Source of the DNA: Lama guanicoe
Lineage: Eukaryota
Assembly (NCBI GenBank): GCA_013239625.1
Contig: MU054212.1
Span: forward strand, 9,720,898 to 9,784,897
Reading direction: 5' to 3'
DNA length: 64,000 nt
Shown: positions 36,811-48,527 of the stretch, piece after piece
Numbering within the stretch: position 1 is the first letter of the stretch
How the letters are laid out: every line of letters begins with the position of its first letter
Notes under the pieces: generated by a model
Seen by the model: only the letters and a program-made list of their open reading frames with translations
Told to the model about the DNA's origin: nothing
The model's database searches: none
Program-made: the position numbers and the translations under genes

Positions 36811-37634
36811 AGAAGAGAAAAGATAAAGTCTGAGGGGGAAATTAACACTTTGGAGTACATAAGCACTGCCTTCTCCCCACACCCCCCACATATGAGCAGA
36901 ATATTCCAATCTGGGATTCTCAGTGCACACCAGGCATGTCCTTGCCCCAGCCCTACAGAACTACATTTAGACTCGGCTGGTCAAAGCACTGCAGGGACAC
37001 TGACCTTCTTCCCCAGAGCTGGCATGGGTCCAGCGTCAAAGTATGTCTCCTGGGCACTTGGGGTCTCCTACTCCTCCAGCATTCCTTAGTGACCCCAGCA
37101 AACTTCCCTCAGCCGCAGAGCAAGCTCTGGCCAAAGAAGCAGCCCCACTTCTGTAGGGGAACCCCACCTGAGCTCCCTGCTCTTTGCCCCGTGAGAGTGT
37201 CTGAATCCTCAAGAGGTGCTGGATGTGGATGGTGGCTCCATCCTTAGGGAAGGAGACCCAGCTTGCCCTTGGCCCTAGCCCAGTCTTCCTGCTTGCCTGG
37301 GGGTCTGAGGGCACAGGCTTCTCATTGCCAAAGTCCCTCCCTGTGGGATTGCACAACAGTGACTTCTCCTCCCTGGGCATCATTTTCTGGAAACGTCTCC
37401 CTTCCCATTACCAGGTGTTCCCACCTGGCCTGTGCACATGTGACCCCTCCCTTCGCAGCACTGAAACAGCCAGGAAGACCTGTGAACAGTCAGAGCCGAC
37501 CCAGGGCTGTGCCTGAGAGTGAAGTGGCCAGGGCGCGTGGTCTTTGGGGAGGGCTCTGCGAACAGTTCAGCCTTTAGGTCTTTGCCCAGGAGTACCACTT
37601 ACCACTCATCATCCCACCTTGTGACTGGGGAGGG

Positions 37635-37710
37635 TTTCCATCTGTGTCCCCTGTCCCCAGGCGGTGCTCTATAACTATTTGTTGAATGAGTGAATGATGA
37701 ATAAATAAAG
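37635..37710 (+). mobile_element. L2 3' tail
   Basis: gtgctctataactatttgttgaatgagtgaatgatgaataaa. Confidence 0.65.
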
Positions 37711-40030
37711 GGGATGGCCTCTTTCAGGAAGTGCTTACCAACCTCTCCCTTCTCTGAAATCTCCATGTGTTTAGAGCCGGAACCACAGGCTTCCCTACTC
37801 ACTCACCCATCCATCTTTTCAACAGGCAAGCCAGGCACTGGGCTTGGATGCGGCCCCACTGTGTGCTGCGCAGGTGACTGGTGTGTGAGTCTGGACTCCC
37901 TGGGCGCACCAGGCTCCCCGCGAGTGACCTGTCTCCCCACCTCCAGACGTCTGCACAGGGCTCTAGCCCTTCCCTCTCAACCCCAAAGGCTTTGCACCCC
38001 CCATGGTCTCCTCCTAGGACCCAGCTCAGCGGATTCTCCCTTGGGGCATGAGGCGCAGACCCCTCACTCCACACCAGCTCTCCTCCGGCTCCTGGGGTGC
38101 TCTTGGTCTCCCACACCCACCTGACGCATCTCATCCCCCGTGCACTGCCTCTGACTACCCAGGTGTGGGTGTCCCCACACTGTGAGACCCCGCACAGCAG
38201 GAGCACAGACCTCTTCGTCCCCACATCCACCGCGGAGCTTAACGCTCAGTAAATATCTCCAGCTGGTGAAACAAGGGAGCGTCGGTCTGTGAGCTAAGTT
38301 GCTGGATTCCTCTTTTCTTCGTGGCTCTTGGCCGTTTTCTTCCTTTCTGTCTTTTTTTAACCTGGAGGGAATACAACTTCAGCATCTCCACCCACTTTAT
38401 AAATACTTTGACAAATGGCTTCTCTGCTGCCGTGCTTACCCCAAGCAGGGGCACCTGTCATTTCAGAAGCGACTGTTTACGGCCCTTCTGACCTGTAATG
38501 CAGAGTCAGCAGCTGGGGGCGAGGTGGAGGCGGGGGCGGCCAGGCCACCGTAGTCCATCAGGCCCAGAATTTAAAGACCAAAGAAAGAAGGAGAGAAAGA
38601 AAGAAAGGCAGAAAATCCTAGCCAACTCACAGTGTAATTGCCATCTCCTTGGCAACGAAGCAGCAGTGGGGAGGGGCTGCTCCGCCATCCTTCCCAGGTC
38701 TGGGAAGGCGAGGAACAGCTGGGAAAGTGCCTCCCACCCTCCTGTGGCATTTGGAAGAAGGATCTGTTTTCAAGTCACCCCTCAGCCACTTTTATTGTTT
38801 CCAGTCGGGGTCTCAGTGTGGTGCCCACTTTACGGCCCAATGTCCTAGGCAGGAAGAGCTAGGCATCCGCGTGGGAAGTGCGAACGGGAGGCTGTATCGA
38901 GAGGACCCACGTTCTAGGACGATCACCCTTCGAGCCGTTTCCCCACCATCCGAGCGGAGTTTAAGGAGGTTACTATCTCCTCCACCTCCCCCCACTCTGC
39001 CACTGTCTTCTCAGGAAATGCCCTTTCCCCCGCAGTCTTGGAGAAGGACTCCTTGGCCTTTGGGGCCTGTGGGTGTGTGCCATTGGGAGCAGGCTGCTGA
39101 GGGAATGGGGATTCTGAGGCCTGTGGGGGCCTCAGGAGCTGGGAGGGGTCTGGTGTGATCTCACTGGCACAGGGACCAGGCAAAAGCGAAAAAAGCACCT
39201 TCTGCGGAGGTTTGGCAGGAGAGGAGGAAATTTCCACCTCCCCACCACCCACCAGACGCCTGGGCTGGCTGCCTGCCCGTGGTCCTGCTGCCCTAGTCTG
39301 ACCCCTTCGTCCTCCAGGGGAAGCGTCAGTCTCCCCTCCTCCAGGAAGCCTTCCCAGGCTGCGCCAATCCGTCCCTTCTGCCTGCCAGGCCCTCTCTCAT
39401 TCAGTGCCTGCCTGTCACCTGGGAGGTGGGACGGCCCCCCAGACAGGGTGGCGGCAGCCTGAGAACGGGGTCCAGCCTCATCCCCACGAGCTTTTCTGTA
39501 GTCACGTCGCTGTTCAGCAGATGTGTGTCCACAGATGGGCCGCAGTGTGGGCTTCCCCCGTCGGAGCCTTACTCCAAAGAGAAAGGCTCCTGGAGCCACT
39601 GGGCAGGGTGTGGACCGCTCTTACTGAATGGGCTTGATTGTCTCTGTTCTCACGTTCACCCCAGGCCCTCTGTAAGCAGGACCGACCTTCTCTCCCCTAT
39701 TTCATCTACGAGGCTCTGTTGGGCAGCTCTTCTTGCTGTTCCTGAGACGTACCTGCTCATTCCCACCACCACCCTGTGCTCACACTGATCCTAGCCCCCC
39801 GGGAACACCCTCCCTTGTCCTTATGCTTTTTATCCAACTGTGCTTTCAGGCCACGTTCAAATGCCCCCTCCTCTATGAGCCTCCCTCAGGTGTTCAGGAA
39901 CCTTTTTATCCCTTGTCTTGCTACAGCAGTTACAGACCTGAGTAGCTTTCTTGGGTCCTCTAATTGGTTCATGAGGTTCTAAGTCTGTCCCTCTCCCTTC
40001 CGTGTGGATGGGGTATGTGTGCATGCATGG

Positions 40031-40056
40031 TGTGTGTGTGTGTGTGTGTGTGTGTG
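40031..40056. repeat. (TG)13 microsatellite
   Basis: Perfect TG run read directly from the sequence. Confidence 0.95.
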
Positions 40057-40444
40057 TACACGTGCATGCCTTCTAACAAGTATGGGGTGCGCACCTCTGA
40101 GCCCAGCAAATAGGAGAGATGTTGAGGGCAAGGTCCTGGAAAGACGGTGACATCAATATATCTAGCTTACAGCATCTCTTGGTACCTCTGTCTGCATTTT
40201 CGCCATCCCAACCCATCGCAAACAACAAGAGCTTTTATGCTCTCTGGCCCTGATGTTCAACGTAAACTGCTCTTTGCTCCTCTTCCCCTCGCCCTAAGGG
40301 GTCCTTGACTAAGAGCCGAAAACGAGGCCCCCCTCCCAACTCCCACCCGAGAGGAGGGTTGTTAGAACAGGAACTAAAGCTGCCTGTGAAGATAGCAATG
40401 GTTTCTGGTCTCCACTTGGTTGGTGGATGAGGACTTCTCCACAG

Positions 40445-40610
40445 CCATCAGCAAACATTTACTGAGCACCTACTGTATGCACCACACTGTGCTAGGTGCT
40501 AAAGAGAGCGGAAGAAAGATTTCTTTCTCCTAAGGGGCATGGTATTAACCTCAGGGAGCTCGAGTTCACTTGAAGAGCTAGGCTGATGCACAAACAGACA
40601 AATCACAGGA
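40445..40610 (-). mobile_element. L2 3' end
   Basis: catcagcaaacatttactgagcacctactgtatgcaccacactgtgctaggtgct is the reverse-complement L2 terminus. Confidence 0.85.
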
Positions 40611-40719
40611 AGAACCACGGGGAAGTGAAGCTATGTTGGCCACTCATCTGAAACTGACCCACTGGGCCCCAGTCCCAGGCCTTTGGGGGCCCTGCGGTAA
40701 ACCTACAAACAGCTTAAGG

Positions 40720-41280
40720 AAAGCAGAGGGAATTAGAATTTTAAAAACCTTCCGGTGGTAATAAAATCTGGGGTGTAAAATGGGTTAGGAAATTTATTTT
40801 TTCAATATATGATTTTTTTCCTTCTCTCCTCTGAAAACCCACATATCTATTTCGCTTCAGGTTGGGGCTCCTTTAAACGGTTTTATTAAAAAAATCATTT
40901 ACCGTGGGCTTTCCAGTTCAACTTTAACTGGACCGGGTGGAAATTAAAAAAAGGGTATTTTAAAAATAAATTATATAAATTACATCCCTAATTATAAAGG
41001 AACTTTTAAAAATGTATCTAAGCATTACAAGAAAATCTTTTTTTTTTTCTTTTAAAAAAAGCCCCATTTCCCTGTTCCATTGCAGGAGCGTAATTTAGAA
41101 ACCTTTAACAAATCCTTGTCCTTTGGAAGAAGCAGGCACCCCAGGCCCATTTGCCTGTGTGTCTTTCTGCGTGCTATTATTATTTGATAACTTTGGGCTT
41201 AAATCTGCATGAGAGCCAATTATCTCTCTTTGTCATCGAGCAGGCTTGCTCTTCGGCAGTGGTTTTTACAGCACAGTGAA
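40720..41280. promoter_or_regulatory. AT-rich non-repeat block, candidate enhancer
   Basis: Sharp AT enrichment with taataaaa, ttttattaa, ctaattataa, gtaattta and ccaattta motifs; I recognise no repeat here. Confidence 0.4.
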
Positions 41281-42549
41281 AGCCTGACGGAGCCTGGAGG
41301 AGGTGGATTTGCGGTTTAGATCACACTCCGTCTTGCCTCCCCCAGTGACTTCCCTTATTTCTTTTTTTTCTTTCTGCTTTTCACCATCTCCTGATGCAAC
41401 AAGTCCTCCTCCCCCAGCTGCATGCCTCTCTCTGCCCCGCGAGCATCTTCCCAGCCTGACTTCCTTCTTGGAGGGTCCTACCCTATCAAAATCTTTCTCC
41501 CTCTCTCCATCTCTTGCAGACCGAGGCTTCCTGCACAGAACTGGATAGGACTGGCATTTTTTGGCCCAGCCTCCAGTGTGGGCCTGAGCACTGCTCTCTT
41601 TTTCTCTCAACTAGCGGAAGTAGCCTGGTGGCTGCAGCGCTGGAGAGAGGCAGGGTCCCCCATTCATGGAGCTCAGAGTCTGCCCAGGCAATGGGACCCA
41701 CCTAGGGGATGGTAACAAGGCTGATGCCAGGTCAGGACCTCTAGCCTGGAGCCCAGATCAGATCTGGGATGTCGCTGCTTTTGTTCTTCTACCAAGAAGA
41801 GAGCAGAGGTGATGACCAGAAAGGACACATGGAGCTTTCAGAGGGGGTGGGGGACCTCAGCTCCACCCTGAAAGATCGGACTGGGTGGAAAAAAGGAAAA
41901 ATTCTAGGGCAGGAAAAGAGCCCCAGCAGAGGTGGGACTCAGACTGGATGAGGGGACTCCACCCCTCTGGAAAGCAGGCACTTGGTCGCCACCACCTGCA
42001 TTGGGCTGGGTACCTGGAGGTGCTTGATACACTTTGGTGGAGTGAGTGAGTGAATGAATGAATGAATGAATGATGAGAATATGAAGGGAAAAAGGTGGAG
42101 AGGCTGGAGATGGATTAGGAGGGTTAGGGTGTTAGACCTTTCTAGTTCCAGATGCAAGAACTACCTCTTTTGGCAAAAGAAAAAAAAAAAAGAAAAAAAA
42201 TCATTTCCTGACTTTCATCATCCTAAACAGAGGCCTAGGCCTTCCTGTGTTCTCCCTTCCAGGCCTGTGCACATGCTGTTCCCTCGGCTGGGGGGCTCTG
42301 CCCGCCTCCACCTGGATCTTTCTTCCACCCCTTCCAGACATTACTTCCTCTTGGAATTCCTTCTTGACCCTAAAGTCCAAGTCAGATCCCTGGATGACCT
42401 ACTCCTCACGAAACCTTCCACCCCCTTGCTGATTCTAATTTGGCTCCTGGCCAGCAAAGGGAGCTTGGGGAAGACAGAGCCCCAACCGTGGCCACAGGCT
42501 AACCCTTATCTCCATCTGGGCATTTCACACAAAATATAAATTACCCTCA

Positions 42550-42750
42550 ACAGTCATTAGAATGAGCTACACGTGGACCAGGCACCGTAGTCAGCATTTT
42601 ATGTAAGCTACCGCCTGATTCCTCAAGCTGAGACTTGGAGATGGTGAATAACTTATTCAAGGCTAAACAGCACAGACGCGGCAGAAAGCTGATTTAGAAC
42701 CCAGGCAGGTCTGGTTCCAAAGACTTCGCTGTTTCCATTTACACTACTGG
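42550..42750 (-). mobile_element. MIR SINE
   Basis: ccaggcaccgtagtcagcattttatgta ... ctgagacttggagatggtgaataacttattcaaggc ... gatttagaacccaggcaggtctggttccaaag. Confidence 0.75.
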
Positions 42751-44163
42751 TCATGAGGGCCCTGGGCTCAGAGAGGGTGGCTCAGCCCACGGCTGGCGTG
42801 GTGTGAGCAGCGAGCGTCTGCTGCAGCCCTCCTTGCCAAGAGCTCGGCTCTGGGGGTACATCACTGGGTGCCTCCCCATTTTACCTCTTGATCAACCTTC
42901 CCTCCCCCAGGAGCTGCATTAGGACAATAGCATGGCCAGTATTGTCTCCCTGTGGGACCCGCTGTGAGAAAACAGAGCCCTGGGGACAGCAGTCTACTTT
43001 TGGCATCACACACCTTCACACGCATGTGCACACGCGCACACACAGCCCATCCCAGCAGGGGTTTGGAGGGGGCAGTGGGCTCTGTAGGCCTCTGCCTTCC
43101 TAGTCCTGAGCGAGCCAGGAATACCGTGTGGGACAGATTCTCTCCCCTCCTTGTCCTCGTTGGGGGGCTGGCATTGTCCGGTACGTCCCCTGCTCCCTCC
43201 CTCAGAGAGTGCCCAGCAGGGGGCCAGCTGTTTGCATCAGGAATTCAGAGCAGTTGTGTTCCTGCTGGAGGGCATTAATTTTATTTTTCGAATGAGGGCT
43301 TCCAGGGAGGTGATGGGAAACGGTATTTGCAGGAGGTGTTTGGGAGAAAGTGATATTGTTCCCAGAGCGGCTGCCAACCAGGGGCAGGGCTGGGTCCTCC
43401 TGGGAGCTCCACCCCCTTTCCCCATCACTCAGCCCACCCTGTGGACAATTCTCTCAGTCACATTTTTCTGCTGCAGTTTTAGCACAAAAGGTCATATGTC
43501 CAGGAACCCTCTCAGTCCAAGGCAAACCAGGACGGTTGGTCACCTCCCTCATCCAACACACTCCTCTGACCGTCCCCAGGGTGCAGCTCCTCAGGTTGGC
43601 TGTGGGCACCCCCTTCCCACCTTCACTTGCCTCCCTCATTGTTGAGTCTGGGAAACGGCTTATGGAGGGTGCCTGATAGAGCACAGCTCAGTGATGGAGC
43701 TCTGGTTGGGGTGAACACTCTGTGGGACATCTTGCTCTGTGGACCCCCTGAGGCCGGGAAAGGCACCTTCAATCCCGGGTTTGGTCCATCACCCTTATGC
43801 AGGATTCCCTGCAGCAGGTCACCTGAGTTTCCTAGAGATGTTGGGGGAAGCAGGGCTGGTGGGGTTCAATTGCACAGCATATAGGGGCTGTAACTAGGGG
43901 AGTGTTTGTAACGGTGCAAGAGACAATGCTAGGGATGTGGGATCCCCAGGCCGAGAGATGGCCATCATGGCTGGCTGAGGGGGAGGCTGGGCCCCATCAG
44001 GCCCTCCACTCTCCCTCATCTGGTCACCCAGCTCTGGATTCAGTGCTAGCCACTCTCGGGGACTCAATGGCCCCTGGGGAAGGCCCTTTTGCTGGCTGCT
44101 CCCTGGCCTCCCACTGCTGGCTGGCTGGCAGGCAGGCAGGCAGGCGGGTGGGCGGGCAGGCAG

Positions 44164-44345
44164 AATATTACCCCTAAGATAAATGAAGAAGAGTTTCAGG
44201 CCTTATTGGATTATAGTTTTTATTGAACTTTATAAATTCCAATTAGCAGACCCCTGGGCAATAAGCGACACGCAGCCCGTGGCTCACTTTATGGTGTGAT
44301 TATGACCCTGTTTATCCTCCCCTGAACGAGAAGTATTAATGGAGG
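44164..44345. promoter_or_regulatory. Candidate HOX/CDX-motif enhancer
   Basis: CTTATTG 44202, TTTATTG 44219, CAATAAG 44259, TTTATGG 44288 and TTATGAC 44300 within about 105 bp. Confidence 0.5.
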
Positions 44346-45930
44346 AAACGCAGGAAAGGGGGCCCGAGAATACATAAAAACAGATACTGGTGACACAGAA
44401 ATAAACAGACAGGGTCAGGGAGAGAAAGTAATCTCTCGGCAGGCAGCAGGGATGGAGGACCAGAGATGCTGAGAACCCATGTGCTCAGAGCCACAGCCGG
44501 CTGAGTTGCCCTCATGGCCGTCCTTCCAGGGCAGGGAGCCCCCTGACCCCTGGCGGCTGCTGGGGCCTGGAGAGCACCCCTACCCCTGCCAGCCCCAGGC
44601 GATCTTGACCGGGTTGGGGTTTGATTAACTAAGTGCAGGACCTTAGCTTGCACACTTGTACTGCTGGGCAGTCCACTGGCTCGCAAGGCCCTGACTCCAT
44701 AGCTGAGCAGTTTGAGGGGCAGCCCAGCGGTTTCTGAGTGCGTCAGAGGCACCCCTTGCCCTCAGAGAGTCTGATGGACACGGAAGACACTCTCCTAGAA
44801 AACGCCCCCGAACAGGCGCACACATGGACGCATGCACACGTGTACGCACACAGACGTGCATGCCATTTTGCATATAATTTCGGGGAGTGGGGCATCGGAT
44901 CCCTGGAAACTGATCATGAATCCTCCCTCCCACAGGGGATTGAGAGCGTCAGGTTAAGAATCCTGAAGTCGGATGGAACCAAGACCGGTGTCTTGTTGAT
45001 TCTACCTGGAGGTGCTGAGATCCCGCAGAGGATCTGGCAGCCTCTAAGGGTCTGGCCATGGGGATGGGGGCGGGGGAGGGGTGCCCCTTTGATCCCACCT
45101 GCTTTTCCTTTCTTCCTGGACACTTGGGTTTGTCCCCGCCTGCCCAGCTTTAAATCTTTAACAGCTGGGACCCAGAACAGTGACTGGGGAGAAGAGATGC
45201 GGGGGGGTGAGGTGGTGGGTTTCTGAGCCCGCAGAGTCAGGGATGGCCACACTCTCCCTCCTGGATTGAAACCCCCTCTGGACTCATAGCATTTCCCGGA
45301 AGAAAGAAGCATGCTCAGGGCCAGCGTGCCCTCCTCATTTTGTCTGGCTTTGTTTTTTCCTTCCTCCCCCGTTCTGTGGGTCATCTTTCTTAGAGGCTTC
45401 GTTTGGTGAAAGATTAATAAAGAAAAAGAAAAGAAACTCTCCTATCAGCATTTTGCCATTGTCCAGACGCACGCACACCAAAGTACCCGAGGAGGCTCGT
45501 GTAGTTTGAACAGAATAAAAAATGCTTCAGGTGGTCCCGAGTCTGCAGCGGTATGCAAACAAGAGGCCGAGAGCTGTGGCTGCCCGGCACGCATCTGTTT
45601 GTCTGGGTCCATTAGGAGTTGCTGAGAAGCCCCGGCCGCAAGCATCCCCGCACTGGCCTGGGCCTCGCCCGCCCTCTGAGCTTCTGTGATTATGGAGCCC
45701 TGCCAGGCCTTGTCTTACTGCAGATAAGAAGTGTGGATGTATGTAAGCTCCAGTGGTCATGAACTACCCCGGCCAGGACTTTCCTGATTCTTGTCCCTGA
45801 GAGGGAGTGCCAGCCAGGAGGCCTTGAGCAGGAACTGGGGACCGAAGTAAGGGAGGCAGAGTCCTGGGCTGGCCGAGTGGTGGAGACCAGGTGTCCTTCT
45901 GTTGAGGACTTGGGAGAACCCAGGGGCAGA

Positions 45931-45967
45931 GGGTCCTGTGGACACTCAGGCACCAAGATGCTGCTGC
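45931..45967 (+). repeat. 37-bp direct repeat, copy 1
   Basis: gggtcctgtggacactcaggcaccaagatgctgctgc, identical to 48491-48527. Confidence 0.95.
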
Positions 45968-47354
45968 TCCCATCCCCTTGGTAAGTCTAGGGCTTCTAGA
46001 GGGCTTGTGGTCCCCGAGGATCAAGTGGCAGGCCTGCAGATTAGGGAAACCATCCTTCATCTTCCCAGGTCTGTATTCTCTCCCTGCAAGCCCTGGGCAC
46101 CCAAATTAGTCACTGTGGTTGGCTGGGCCTGACCCCAGAGGAACAGGCTGCCTTTCCCCCTGGCCCAAGCTCCCAGGAACAGCTCCCTGTGTCTGCCCGC
46201 ATCCTGGGTCCTTGCACAAAGCCAGCAGTGCAGAAACCACCCCAGAGCACTGTGGGTGTCTCTTAGAGGATATGGGTGTAGAAAAGAAGGCTCAGAGAGG
46301 GGCAGTTTGGTAGGCCAGTGTGTTACAGCCAAGCATTTAAGAGAACAGGCATTTCTGTGGTCCAGGAGGCCTCTGGGTTACCTGTTGACCCAGATGGTGG
46401 AGAGCAACAGTCTTTGTCCCCCCCCCCCCGTGTAGTTGAAGCAAGCTGGGTGTGGGTAGCCAGGGGGCATAATCGGACGTGAGAACACAGAGGTGCTCTC
46501 TGTTCAGCTCCATCCAGCCTGGCCAGCTCCCTGGAACCCAGAAGCCCATTTCAAAGTGGTTGGGGCTTGCCTAGTGCTGCTGGCACCAGCACAGGTGAGG
46601 GCTGAGGCTTCAGCCCAGATCCTAAGATGTGTTTGGGATGATCCCGTCCCACCCGGAGGGAACAGTCTTATGACATCATACATTTCTTGGCGTCACTAGG
46701 TCCCCATCATGCTGCCATGCCCCTCACAGATGGTCAGCCCAGGATTTGAGCGAGTAGAGTGTCAACGCCAGGGCCTCGGGGGCTGGAAGGCAGGTGAGCC
46801 AGCAGCAGGGGCTTGGGGACTTTTCTGGCCCTTCTGCAATCACACTGCCACGGCCCACCAGGCCCCTTGTCATGCAGGAGGAGCCCTTCGAAGGACCAGA
46901 GGGCTCCTGGAATCCTTTGAAAGGGATGAAGGAGCCCTCTGCCCAGGCAGCCTCTCGCGATTAGGGATGAGGAGGAAATGGGAGTGTACCAGGGAGCCCT
47001 GGGGCCTCGGCCGACAACCCTCTCCAGCTTCTGGAGCCCTGGGGCGCATCGCGCAGAGTGGGCAGAGAGGCAGGGCCTTCACAAAGCCTGGGTTCTAGCT
47101 CATCTCTGCCACCAACTGAGTGACTGTGGCCCTGTCATTCCCCCAGCTGGTCCTCTGTTTCCTCACAGCAACGTGGAGCCAATGGCATGGCTAATCTCCG
47201 AGGTCCCTGACAAGCCTAAAATATGCAGATTCCGCCCTCTGACGTCTCAGGCACGAACACAAATTAGCACTTATGGAAAACAGTGGGACGTAATAATGGC
47301 CCCCCAGCCCCCGCCCCCAGCACACACATGCTCTTCTCTCTCTTCATGCCCCCT

Positions 47355-47620
47355 GTAATAGATCATACAGGATGGATTACATTAATTTTCTATAAACTAT
47401 ATCAACTTGAGTGACATGTCCTTAAGGGTTGGCTGATTGATATCTACAATGCGGTCTTATAATCTAAAATCATATTAATATTAATATTAAAGATTTTCTG
47501 TCCTTTACGCGCACCATTAAATCTAGAGTATAAGGTGAAATTGACAACATACATTTTGACAGCTTATCTATAATAAATATGCAAATCTTGATGCCTACAT
47601 GTCATCACAGATGCACCGCA
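47355..47620. promoter_or_regulatory. Candidate PBX/MEIS/POU enhancer
   Basis: TGATTGAT 47434-47441, TGACAG 47557-47562, ATGCAAAT 47579-47586 and (TATTAA)3 at 47473-47490 in an AT-rich non-repeat block. Confidence 0.55.
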
Positions 47621-47964
47621 GCTCTCTGAAGATCACAGCCTGCCTGTCTGCCGCGCGACATCTCCAGCGGACGATCAGAGCACCCGTCTAGGCGGCAGGA
47701 GCAGCACGGGGTGCGTCTTTGCCGGCGGTGACCCTGACCTCTCCTGTCTGTCTGAGAAAGCCTGTCCTTCATCCTGCCAAGCAGGCAGGAGGGCTTGAGG
47801 ACTGACAGTCGCAGAGAGCAGGGGACGCCATCTCACGTCTCTGGAGCACAGGAACACCCAGCTCCCCTCTTTATTTTTCCTAAGTCACAGAGGGACTTTT
47901 GATGTCCTCTCTACCCATCCCCACCCCTAGGTTACAGCAGGCTGTCATCACTCAGTACTCAGGG

Positions 47965-48180
47965 AGTTTAAGAGTTGGGGCTCCTGAGTTGGCAGCCGTA
48001 GGGTCAAACCCCATCTCTGCCAGTAACCTCTGCTCTTAACCTCCTTGTTAAGAAATGCCTATTTCTGCGTCTGTAAGTGGAGAGGAGAAATGGTACCTCC
48101 CTCCTGGTGGAAATGTGAGGACTGACTGAGATCACAGAAGCCAGGTGCCCAGCACACACAGTGATGCCTCAGTAAAGGGC
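47965..48180 (+). mobile_element. MIR SINE
   Basis: gtttaagagttggggctcctgagttgg ... gggtcaaaccccatctctgcc ... tctgtaagtggag ... aatgtgaggactgactgagat. Confidence 0.7.
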
Positions 48181-48490
48181 AGCTCTTAGATTGTTTTCTA
48201 AATGAGCCCCACTTCCTCTGACCCCTGCAATCCTTCGTGTCCCTAAATCCCTGCCCTTGCCACTTAGCACACTGACCAGCTCAGATTCTTCTCTGCTTCT
48301 GGCCTGTGCCAGAAGTGAGCTCTAAGATGCCAGGAACCACACAGCTCCATGCCTCCAGCCCCAGCCCAGTAGCCAGGTGGAGGTGAGATGGGGAAAACCT
48401 AGTCACCTCTCTGCTGAGACTCTGCCAGTTCTGGCTAGATAATTGTGCGTGTGTATGTGTGCGTGTGTGTTGAGGTTGACCCAGGGGAAG

Positions 48491-48527
48491 GGGTCCTGTG
48501 GACACTCAGGCACCAAGATGCTGCTGC
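48491..48527 (+). repeat. 37-bp direct repeat, copy 2
   Basis: Identical to 45931-45967 (offset 2560 bp). Confidence 0.95.
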
